DNA of 49,839 bases from Planctomycetota bacterium (GTDB taxonomy: Bacteria > Planctomycetota > UBA11346): positions 1 through 49,839 of the forward strand of contig JBBQSO010000035.1 in NCBI GenBank assembly GCA_038213805.1. The letters are read 5' to 3'. Shown here one piece after another: positions 1 through 9,400 of the stretch. The notes beneath the pieces were generated by a model. It did no database searches. It was not told where the DNA came from and saw only the letters and a program-made list of their open reading frames with translations. The translations under genes and the position numbers were made by a program. Every line of letters starts with the position of its first letter. The first letter of the stretch is position 1.

Positions 1-697
1 GGTGCACGCGCGGCGCAATTTCTACGACCTGATCGCCATGGAGCCCGCGGCGCTGGCCATGGTCCGTCGCATCGCGGTGCTCTACGGCATCGAGAAGCGA
101 CTGCGCGACGCGCACGCCGATCAGGACGCCATCCGCGCTGCTCGCCAGCGCGAAGCCAAGCCCCACTTGGCGGACATCCGCGCCGAACTTGATCGCCTGG
201 TGCTGGCCACGACGCCGAAGAGTCCGCTCGGCAAGGCCGCCAATTACGCGCTCACCTGCTGGAACGCCCTCATCCGCTACGCGGACACCGGGTTTCTGCC
301 CCTCGACAACAATCTCGCGGAGCGCTCCATCCGCCCCGTCGCCATCGGCCGCAAGAACTACCTGTTCCTCGGCTCAGGCGAAGAAGGCGGTGGAGACTGG
401 GCCGCCATCGCCTACTCGGTAATAGGCTCCTGCGCCCTCAACCACCTCGATCCGCATCGCTACCTCACCGAGATCGCGCCGCATCTGGCCGACTGGCGGT
501 TCACGGACTACGCCAGCCTGACGCCACGAGCCTGGGCCAAGCGCAACGCTAACGCTGTGGCCTGAACCACAACGCAGTATCGGGCGGATTTGATCTAAGC
601 TAGTGGGCTACTTCGGACGGATACGAACATGGTGCCTCCAAACGGCACCATCTATGAAAGTCCGATGGGAGGCTAGTTAGGGCGGCTGAACGCTTAC
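1..697 (+). mobile_element. IS66 family insertion sequence, right portion
   Basis: TnpC is followed by GGCTGAACGCTTAC ending at 697 (reverse complement GTAAGCGTTCAGCC, an IS66-type terminal IR). An alternative IR-like end lies at 624. Confidence 0.8.
2..565 (+). CDS. tnpC: IS66 family transposase TnpC, C-terminal part (5' truncated by window edge)
   Basis: HARRNF, LGKAANY, DNNLAERSIRPVAIGRKNYLFLGS and the SC-LNHLDP-YL tail are characteristic IS66 DDE transposase motifs. Confidence 0.95.
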   Translation: MHARRNFYDLIAMEPAALAMVRRIAVLYGIEKRLRDAHADQDAIRAARQREAKPHLADIRAELDRLVLATTPKSPLGKAANYALTCWNALIRYADTGFLPLDNNLAERSIRPVAIGRKNYLFLGSGEEGGGDWAAIAYSVIGSCALNHLDPHRYLTEIAPHLADWRFTDYASLTPRAWAKRNANAVA

Positions 698-833
698 GGA
701 CGGGGATCGCGTCCCTCGGCCATCTGGGACTTCTCATGACGCTGGGATTCCGCAGTCCACGGAGCGGTGTCGGCGCGGAGTCAACGGTCGACCACAACGA
801 GGTTTCGATTACGCAAACATCCACTTCGAACTT

Positions 834-1163
834 TCATCCAGATTTTCTGAATTTCTCCGGGATTTTATCAACAAGCTCAGACAGGTCTGCTGAATCTGAG
901 ACTTCCAGTTTCAAGTCATCTACCAGGAATTCGCGGAGATCGGCGGCTATTCCTCCAAGGTCACTTATGGTCGGATTAAATCGTATTTGACCGTTGACGT
1001 TGACCAAATTCCACGCACTTCCAGATTCCGAGAACGCATACCACTGGAACTTTCCAACAACGCAATGCGGTTCGATCTGACGTATGAATGTAGAACTGGA
1101 CTCATAAACCCAGAATCCATCATCTGCCCTGACGATGAGCGGTTGAACGTCATTCTCAGTCAT
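834..1163 (-). CDS. Putative Rhs immunity protein (109 aa)
   Basis: ATG (1161-1163) overlaps the Rhs TGA (TGATG coupling), with a GGAAGGAGG RBS upstream. Small, acidic, lower-GC ORF directly after an Rhs C-terminal domain. Confidence 0.8.
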   Translation of the reverse strand: MTENDVQPLIVRADDGFWVYESSSTFIRQIEPHCVVGKFQWYAFSESGSAWNLVNVNGQIRFNPTISDLGGIAADLREFLVDDLKLEVSDSADLSELVDKIPEKFRKSG

Positions 1164-4100
1164 CACCAGCCTCCTTCCAACGGTCGATGATTTCCCATGC
1201 CTTGTCCGGGTGCGGATTCCCCCTTGGCCGCCCTTCTCGGATTGGGATGAGGTTGGGCCCGATGATAATGCGGTGATGTACCAATATTATTTCCAGCCCG
1301 GTTTCCAGTAGGTGCAATCTTGATTGGACCGACTTGATACTCTGAACCATGAGCGCCCCAGAGGCCCCCGAGAGCGGCCGACATGGCGAGCTCACGCCAA
1401 TCGAAGCAATCTTGCAATCCATTGTCGATGAATGTGCCCTGAGCCGCCAAATCGCCGTAAGCGCCAGTCGCAGCGCCAACACCAGCACCGACCAGGATCG
1501 GCACGAGCTTGGACCCTCCTCGGTTGACAACTTGCATGGCCCAGGCTCCCGCTGCTGGAGCGACGAGACCAAAAGTAGCTCCGGCGATTGCGCCAGCAAG
1601 CGCCCCCTTGCCCGCCTCAAGGCCTGCCCGTCTCCAATCGACATTCCGGCCATTCCACAGGTCGCCAACGACACTGATTCCTCCGCTTACGACTGCCCCA
1701 AAAATCGCTCCCACGGCGCCGCTGATCAACCACGCGAATCTACCATCCGGATCGCTTGCCATCGTTGGCATGTTATTCACATAGGCATACAGGTTCGCGC
1801 CCCCCAATTCTCCCACCGGATCACGGCTGAGCCAACCTCCCGCGGAGGGATCGTACGACCTGGAGAACGTCAACCAGAGATTCGAAGTAGAATGCCGGAA
1901 ATGACCAGTGAAACCAATGTCGAATTCCAAGATTCCTGATATGTTGGATCGCGCGCCGTATGGATCGTAGTCGTAACGGACGGTCAACCCTCCCGAAGCA
2001 TCGGTGACCTCGCGAACCGAACCGAGGTGATCCTTCGCGTAAAAATAGTTCACACCAGATATCTGGATTCCATTTGCAAAATAACGCTTCATGACAGTGG
2101 CGCCAGACGAGTCGCGCTCTTCCAAGAGCCTGCTCTCATGCCAAATGTACCTGCGATCTGAAAGCGTCGACCCATTGGCTGATTCGAGGATGCGGACTCG
2201 CCTTCCAAAGCCGTCGTAGGTGAATTCACTGCGCTGATTCCCTGCAGTAATCGATACCAACCTGTCTTCCGCATCCCAGGAAAACGTCCTGACTCCATCA
2301 GTCGTCAAATTCCCATTATCGTCGTATTGCCGCGCGGATCCCGATCCGGTGATGTCCACGGATTTCCAGGCAGTGGACTTGGTGTTTCCCTTCAAGTCCT
2401 TCGCGACGATGGCTATTGAGTTTTGACCGGGCGCAAAGGTGGCCGAGCCGGTGAAGGTCAGGTCGCCATGCACTTCGGCCGGGTTTCCAGCGATCGTCAC
2501 GGTTCCGGGCTCGCTGATCGTCCCGATGATGGGAATCGTCCCGCCTGGGGCGGCACTGGTCAGCTGGTTCAAGGTGTTGTGAGTCCAAGTGGAGATTGCG
2601 GAACCGTTCTGGAAACCCGTTCGGTTACCGTTCACATCGTAGCGGTAGGCCTGTTCGATCCCAGGAAGGCCGGACCCCACATTTCGACGAGCTGAGATCA
2701 GCCGGTCGAGGCCGTCATAGGCGAACTTCCAGGTACTAGGAGCCTGGCCGTCCGCGCTGATGCCCCACTCCTGGATCCGGCCACCAGCGTCACTGACGTA
2801 GGTGTGAGCAGAGATTTCCGCACCCGCGGCCCGCCGATAGTGGATGCCGGCCAGGCGGCTGTCGGAGGAGACCGGAAGGTAATCGAAGCTGGCTGTCATG
2901 CCGTTGGGATAGAGAAGACCGAGCAATCTATCGGTGTTCCCGACGTAGGACGGCGTGAAGGCGCCGAGGGCGTTGGCGATACCCGATGGGCGCCCGAGCG
3001 TATCGTAGGTCACTGATTCCGTGGGTCCGGAGCCGATCTTGCGGGAAACCTGACGCATGAGGGCATCGTAACCGAGAGTGATGGTGTCGTTGTTCAAGGG
3101 GCCATCGATGGTGGCCAGTCCTCCGGCTCCGACCGTGCCGGTCGCGATCGGATAGTAGGTGAACTGGGTCGTTCCCGTGCCATCGACCATGGACGCCACA
3201 CGTGGGTAGATCGGATCGTAGACCACCGAGATCCCCGCCGTGGCGACCACCGCATTCTGGTACGAAGTCGTGAGCACGCGATCATCCTGAGCATAAGTCG
3301 ATTTGGTGATTTGGCCCTTCGGATCGGTGATGGAGTCGATCCGGCCAGAAACCGGCAGGTAGGCCAGCAGGTACCGCTTGCCGTCTGGGAGGTGCTTGGC
3401 CGTCAAACGCCCCATGATGTCGTAGTCCCACCGGGTCATCGCCCCAGTCGCCGACGTGAGGACCTGCAGCTTCCCGCATTTGCACCACTCGTAAAGTGTG
3501 ACGTTCTGGGCGCTGTCCACCACCGCAGTCGGTTGGCCGAGCGCGTTGTGGACGATGTCCGACCAGCGTCCGAGCCGGTCTTTCACGTGCTCGACGTCGA
3601 GACGGCTCCAGACGGTCTGCTCGAACGTGCCATCGGGATAGGTGGTCTTGGTCGGGCGGTCGAGAGCGTCGTAGTCGAAGGTCAGGGCGTGGCCGTCGAC
3701 ATCGGTCGACGTCCTCAGCCGCCCGTAGCCATCGAACGTCACCACCTGCTCGGTGCCGAGCGGATCGCGGACCCGGTCCAAATAGCCGCTCGCGCGGTAG
3801 AGGTAGGTGGTCTTCTCGTTCTTGACGTTGGTGACCGTCTCGATCTGGTTCTTGGCGTTATACGTGAATTTGGTGACGTTGCCCGCAGCGTCCGTGGTGG
3901 TCAGGGGCAGGTGGGCGGCATTGTAGGTCGCCGAGCACAGGACGACGAAGGTGCTGGTACCGGTGCGCTGGCGGACCTCCTTGATGTCAATGCCGTTGGC
4001 ATCTAGCACCGTGTCGGTCGCCCGGCCCAGCGGATCGATGGTGGTGATCGGGATGCCCAGGGAGCTGTAGGCGATCTGGTAGGTCTGGGTGCTCCTGTCA

Positions 4101-6487
4101 TCGAGCAGCCTCGAAATCACCCGGGGCGAGGCCACGGTGGTACCGGTCTCATAGACCGAGGCACTGTTCTGTCCCGGGTAGTGGAACCAGGTCCGCCCGG
4201 TCAGGGGCGGCTTGATGCTCTCGAGCAGGCGGCCGCGCATCCCGTTATTGAGACCGCTGTGCAGCCAGTGGTAGATAATCGCCGCCGTGTAATCACCCGG
4301 GGCCTTGCGCATCGCCTTCTTGTCCCAATAGAAGGTGTTGCGGTAGCTCAGGTACGAATTCCACCACGGCAGATCGCCGGGCAGGAGCGCCGGAGGGCCG
4401 ATGGGATCGGCATCAGGGATGCCGGGCGGGGTCTGGACGAACTCGGCACGCTCGATGTCGCCCTGCGGATCGACCGCTTCGATGTAGGTCTGGTAGTTCA
4501 CGCCGCTGCCGCGGCGGAAGGTGGTGGTTCCGTAGGGCGTGGTCAGACCCGTCATGATGTCGGTGGTGCCGTCGTAGGCGAAGGAGGAGACCATCGCGAG
4601 CGGATCGGTGATCGATGCCAGGTTGCTGCCGTTGTAGGCAAAGCCGGCGGTCCGACCGAAGGGATCGCTGATGTGGTCGACCTTGAAGACATCGTCGCTG
4701 CGGTAGGAGAACGTCGTGACTTGGCCGACGGCGTCGGTGATCTTCTGGATGCGGAAGCCGGAACCCGCGGCCTCATAGGTGATGTTAACGACGTTGCCGC
4801 TGGGGTCGACCATCTGCGACAGATAGATGCGCCGGCCTGCGCCGAGAGCTCCATCACTTTGGGCATAGATCAACCGCTCGCCGTGCGCCAAGGCCAGTTC
4901 ATAGCGCGTCGGTGCGGTCTGCTTGAGGATGCCGCCAGTGTAGGCCTGCGCGGGAGAGGTGCCGGCGGTCAAGGCGTACTGGTAGCTGCCGCCTCCTGAC
5001 TGGTAGACCTCGACAGTCTGCGTCCCGTTGGTCACCGCGGCGCTGTCGATGACGCAACTGATCCAACCGCACGTCCACTTCGACCCGAAGTTGGTGGAGG
5101 TGAAGACCGCCGGCTGCATCGCCTCCTTGTCGCAATAAGCGAGGAGCACCTCGATGTCTGGACCGAGGGGCGGATGATAGGCCAGCGGGATGTCGCTGAC
5201 GCTCAGCGCGGTGAGCATGAGCTGGAAACTGTAGGAAGCCATGCCGCGGTTCGTGCACGAACCGGGCGACCTCATGTCCGCCAGGCCGGTGCCGCGCGGG
5301 TCCGCGGCGGACCCGGTGTTGCCCTTGCCCCAGATGGTGGCGGCCTCGGCGTCGTCCACCGCACTCCACCCGGCCTGCAGCGGGCCGGACGGCACCAGGT
5401 AGGCGCCGCTCGCCTCCTGCTCGATCGCGGCCAGGGGGATGCGCCGCTCCTGGCCCTCGAAGACGTCCATGGTGCGGTCCTGGATGATCGCCTCGTCGCC
5501 GTCGATGCGCATCAGCGCGCTGAAGTGGCCCAGCTTCCAGTGGATGACGGCCGGCGCGATCAGGGCGGCGCCGGGGGCGCGGCGGGCGGCGCGGTAGTCC
5601 AGCTTCAGCTTGTGGGCCAGGTCTCGGACCTGCAGCAAGGACGTACCCTGCTCGGTGGAGGCGAACGCCTCGATCTCGACGAGCTCGGCGGCGTGCGGGT
5701 CGACCAGGCGCTTGAGGTTGGCCACCGCGTACGGACCGCAGCGGAACGACCACTGCGGGTGCGCGCGCATGGTCTCGCGCCCCTCCCGGGCGGCCCGGTA
5801 CTTGTCGCCGCCGGTGCCGCGCAGCTGGCGGTCCCCGACCTCGGCGGCGATCCGGTCGAGCTCTTCGTAGCGGCCGACCCAGGCGTTGAGCAGCGCGTAC
5901 TCGCCGAGCGCGCGGTCGATCAGCGGGTCGGCGGCCGAGGGTTGCTCGCTGCGCCCCGCTTCCCACGCCGCTCGGAAGCGCGCCATGGAACGCGTGTAGA
6001 AGCCGCGCTCGCGGTCGACCAGGCCGAGGTCGAGCAGCAGCGCCGCCCGCCACGGCGAATCAGGGTGGGCGCTCAGGAAACCATCGAACACCGCGCCGTC
6101 ACCGCGCTCGGGCTGGGCCGCGTAGACAACCAGGGCCTGCGCCAGGGCGCGGTTGTCGTCAGCGCCCGCCGCGTGGCTCGGGAACAATGTTTCACGGAAG
6201 ACGCGGGCGCCCGAGATCTCTTCGACGGTGGGCAGGTCAGAGAAGCTCAAGCCCCCGACCACGACCGGGGTGATCACGCCGGCCTGCGCCGGTTCCTCGC
6301 GGACGATCGCGGCCGGTTCCACCGTGGCGACCGGCTCCGGCCTGGACCTGGCCGCCTCGGAGCGCACGCGCGCGGCGAGCGCGCCCGGGTCCTCCTCGGC
6401 CGCCAGCCCGCCCTGACACGAGAACGCCAGCGCCAGCACCCAGGCCGGAGCGGAGAAACGACGCGGGGAACGCTGGGGGGAAGTCAT
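1163..6487 (-). CDS. Rhs/YD-repeat polymorphic toxin with signal peptide, N-terminal C39-like cysteine peptidase, Ig-like insert and C-terminal toxin domain (~1774 aa)
   Basis: Start MTSPQRSPRRF at 6487, 11 nt after the upstream stop, followed by a hydrophobic signal. C39-type triad CGPYAV...HWKLGHF...IQD. Many YD repeats. Rhs core YFYAKDHLGSVR...DPVGELGGANLYAYVNNMPTMASDPDG. The C-terminal domain has Gly-rich hydrophobic helices and a PHYHR...GQGMGNHRP tail. Confidence 0.92.
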   Translation of the reverse strand: MTSPQRSPRRFSAPAWVLALAFSCQGGLAAEEDPGALAARVRSEAARSRPEPVATVEPAAIVREEPAQAGVITPVVVGGLSFSDLPTVEEISGARVFRETLFPSHAAGADDNRALAQALVVYAAQPERGDGAVFDGFLSAHPDSPWRAALLLDLGLVDRERGFYTRSMARFRAAWEAGRSEQPSAADPLIDRALGEYALLNAWVGRYEELDRIAAEVGDRQLRGTGGDKYRAAREGRETMRAHPQWSFRCGPYAVANLKRLVDPHAAELVEIEAFASTEQGTSLLQVRDLAHKLKLDYRAARRAPGAALIAPAVIHWKLGHFSALMRIDGDEAIIQDRTMDVFEGQERRIPLAAIEQEASGAYLVPSGPLQAGWSAVDDAEAATIWGKGNTGSAADPRGTGLADMRSPGSCTNRGMASYSFQLMLTALSVSDIPLAYHPPLGPDIEVLLAYCDKEAMQPAVFTSTNFGSKWTCGWISCVIDSAAVTNGTQTVEVYQSGGGSYQYALTAGTSPAQAYTGGILKQTAPTRYELALAHGERLIYAQSDGALGAGRRIYLSQMVDPSGNVVNITYEAAGSGFRIQKITDAVGQVTTFSYRSDDVFKVDHISDPFGRTAGFAYNGSNLASITDPLAMVSSFAYDGTTDIMTGLTTPYGTTTFRRGSGVNYQTYIEAVDPQGDIERAEFVQTPPGIPDADPIGPPALLPGDLPWWNSYLSYRNTFYWDKKAMRKAPGDYTAAIIYHWLHSGLNNGMRGRLLESIKPPLTGRTWFHYPGQNSASVYETGTTVASPRVISRLLDDRSTQTYQIAYSSLGIPITTIDPLGRATDTVLDANGIDIKEVRQRTGTSTFVVLCSATYNAAHLPLTTTDAAGNVTKFTYNAKNQIETVTNVKNEKTTYLYRASGYLDRVRDPLGTEQVVTFDGYGRLRTSTDVDGHALTFDYDALDRPTKTTYPDGTFEQTVWSRLDVEHVKDRLGRWSDIVHNALGQPTAVVDSAQNVTLYEWCKCGKLQVLTSATGAMTRWDYDIMGRLTAKHLPDGKRYLLAYLPVSGRIDSITDPKGQITKSTYAQDDRVLTTSYQNAVVATAGISVVYDPIYPRVASMVDGTGTTQFTYYPIATGTVGAGGLATIDGPLNNDTITLGYDALMRQVSRKIGSGPTESVTYDTLGRPSGIANALGAFTPSYVGNTDRLLGLLYPNGMTASFDYLPVSSDSRLAGIHYRRAAGAEISAHTYVSDAGGRIQEWGISADGQAPSTWKFAYDGLDRLISARRNVGSGLPGIEQAYRYDVNGNRTGFQNGSAISTWTHNTLNQLTSAAPGGTIPIIGTISEPGTVTIAGNPAEVHGDLTFTGSATFAPGQNSIAIVAKDLKGNTKSTAWKSVDITGSGSARQYDDNGNLTTDGVRTFSWDAEDRLVSITAGNQRSEFTYDGFGRRVRILESANGSTLSDRRYIWHESRLLEERDSSGATVMKRYFANGIQISGVNYFYAKDHLGSVREVTDASGGLTVRYDYDPYGARSNISGILEFDIGFTGHFRHSTSNLWLTFSRSYDPSAGGWLSRDPVGELGGANLYAYVNNMPTMASDPDGRFAWLISGAVGAIFGAVVSGGISVVGDLWNGRNVDWRRAGLEAGKGALAGAIAGATFGLVAPAAGAWAMQVVNRGGSKLVPILVGAGVGAATGAYGDLAAQGTFIDNGLQDCFDWRELAMSAALGGLWGAHGSEYQVGPIKIAPTGNRAGNNIGTSPHYHRAQPHPNPRRAAKGESAPGQGMGNHRPLEGGW

Positions 6488-6498
6488 GGCACGCCTTT

Positions 6499-9400
6499 TC
6501 AGGGAGTCTGGACGAGGAAGGAGGGCGACGTGATGGTGATCGTCGGAGGAGTCGTGTCGGTGGGACTGGGCGCTGGCCACGAGGAGACGCGCGGATCGAG
6601 CGGCAGCACGTCGACGCCGTCGGGAACGCCATCGCCATCCGAATCGGCGTTGAAGACGCTCGTCCCCCGTTGGCGCTCGACCAGGTTCGACACGCCATCG
6701 CCGTCCGCGTCGGGGTTGACGGGGTCCAGCCCGGTGCCCGCGTAGCCATCGTCGGGGATGCCGTCGTCGTTGGTGTCGACCTTGTGCGGGTTGGTGCCCA
6801 TCGCGTACTCCTCCCACCCGGCCAGGTTGTCGCCGTCCGCGTCGAAGGACGTGGCGTCGCCCTGGACGACGAAGAGGGCGCCGTTCCTGACGATCAGGCT
6901 GAAGTCCTTCGGGCACTTCGGCTGCGTCCCGGCCGCGGCGGAGCGGTCGCCGTACCAGATCGGGGTCGCGGACGACGCCGGCTGGCCGGCGTTGTCGAGC
7001 AGCAACGTCCCGAACACCGTCCCATTCTTCTGCACGTAGATCGTGCCAGCTCCGCCGACACCGACCGCCGACCCGGCGATCGAGCCGCCCGCTGCCGAGA
7101 ACTTCGCGACATCGACGGTTCCGCTGGCGTAGGTCAGCGCGATGCGCCCACCCCCACCGCTCAGATCGGAGCAGGATCCCCCCCGCGCGCTGATCGTCCC
7201 CGCCCCGCTGAAAGTCGTCACCGACAGGTTCACCCCGCCCCCAGCTCCGCCGCCGTACCTGCCCCCGCCCTGACCATCGGCCACGATCGTTCCTGCGAGC
7301 ACCAGGCTGCTGGCGCTGATGCGGACGAGACCGCCGCCCGCCATCAGGTAGTCTGCCGCGCCTCCCGAGCCGTTCATCTGCGGATCGTCGAAGGCCCCGT
7401 ACACCTCATTGTAGACGTCGGGAACGTATTGCGCACCATATCCTCCATGACCGGCCGCGTTGTACCGTACGCTCGCGCCGAGCGTCGTCGGACCGGCGGC
7501 GCTCCAGGTGTAACCAGGGCGCAGACCACAACCGGTCGCATCGATGCGGCTGGTCGCATCGATGGAGACCGCGCCGACCACGGTGAGTCGGAGCGCGGTG
7601 GCGACCGTGGGAGTGCAAGGGCTCTGGAACAGGGCAGAATTGTTGCTGATGGTGATGGAGGTAGCAGAGAAGACATCGGTCGAAGCGGCGGCGAAATCCC
7701 GCACGGTCAGGTTTCCGGGCCAGGCGGCAGGATCGTCGGCCAGGGTCGCACGGTCGCCGAACCACAACGGCGTCGGCGCCGCCATGGGCGCCAGCGTTGC
7801 ATTGGCGACGATGAGCTGGCCGCCAGCATCGCTGGATTTCTTGAGGTAGATCGTGCCGGCGCCGCCGACGCCGCTGGGCGACCCGGCGATCATGCCACCC
7901 GCCGCGGAGATCCTGGTGATGTCCACGGTGCCGCTCGTGTAGTTCAGTGCGATGCGTCCGCCACCACCGCTGAAGTGCATGCACGAACCACCCTTCGCAC
8001 TGATGGTCCCGGAATTTGCGAACGTGCTCACGGAGATGGCGATGCTTCCCCCAGCGGCACCCCCGTCGTAACCGGTACCCTGACCATCCGCGAGGATGCC
8101 TCCTGCCAGATTCAGGGTGCCTGCGGTGATTCGTACCACGCCGCCGCCCGCCTGCGCGTTCTCCACCGCACCTCCAGACCCGTTGGTGTCCGGATCGAGG
8201 AACGATCCGTACGCCTCATTAACCACACCCGAGGAGTATTGGCATCCGAAGCCTGCGTGCGTTCCAGCTGAGTGGTTGGTGCTGGCCCCGATCGTCGTCG
8301 GCCCACCGACGCTCCAGGTGCAACCGGCGCGCAGCCCGCAGCCGGTGGCATCGATCCTGCTGGTGTTGTCGATGGCGACCGTTCCGGCGATCACGAGCTT
8401 CAACCGGGTGGCGGTGGTGGCGGTGCAGAGGTACGGGCGCAAGACGCCGCCCGTGGCGAGAGTGAGCGAAATCGCGGAGAAGGCGTCGGTGGCAGCTGCT
8501 GCGGAATCCTTCACCAACAGGCTCCCGGACCACGCAGCCGGATCGTCCGCGAGCGTCGCCCGGTCGCCGAACCACAACGGCGTCGGCGGGGCGGCGGGCA
8601 CTTGCAAATCGTTGGACACGATCAGTTGGCCGCCCGCGTCGCTGGTCTTCTTGAGGTAGATCGTCCCTGCACCGCCCGTGTACGTGGGAGAGCCAGCAAG
8701 ACACCCACCCGCCGCCGTGACTTTGAGCGTGGAGGGCGAGCCACCGGAGTAGGTGAAGGCGATCCGACCGCCGCCGCCGCAACTCTTGTTGCAGGTGCCG
8801 CCCTTGGCGCTGATCGTCCCCGTCCCGATGATCGCGCCGGCGACGAGGCTGATGCCGCCACCCGCCCCTCCGCCGGAAAGGGCCCCGCCCTGGCCGTCGG
8901 CCACGATCTGCCCGGATAGGTTCAGGGTCCCGCAGACGACGCGCAGCAACCCTCCGCCATCGCAGTGGAAGCTGGCGCCACCACCCGCTCCGCAGAACGC
9001 GGGGTCGAGGAAGGAGTCGTAGACCTCGCTCTGCACCTCGGTGGTGTAGGGGACGCCGTAGCCGCCATGGCTCGCGCCCGAACTCCCGAGGCTACCTCCG
9101 GTGGTGGTCGGGCCGAGCGGACCCCAGGTGTATCCGGCCGGAAGACCGCATCCGGTGGCGTCGATCGCGCTGGACGCGTCGATGGCGAGCTCACCGGTGA
9201 CGGTCAACTGCAGCCGCGTCCCGTCCGAGATGGTCGCGGGCACCGGCCGGATAGCCCCCCCGGTGGTAAGGCTGACCGATGCCGCGGTGAGGTTCGCAAA
9301 CGAGGCCCGAGCAGACGTGGTGACTGAAAGCTGACCGCTCCAGGGCGTGGGATCATCGGCGGCGACCCCGCGCTCACCGAACCAGATCGGCGTGGACTTG

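Noticed and set aside
6488..6916. 5' extension of the Rhs ORF to 6916 (and of the adhesin ORF to 13947)
   Set aside because: The extensions overlap neighbouring genes. Internal ATGs with signal peptides (6487, 13176) fit better.
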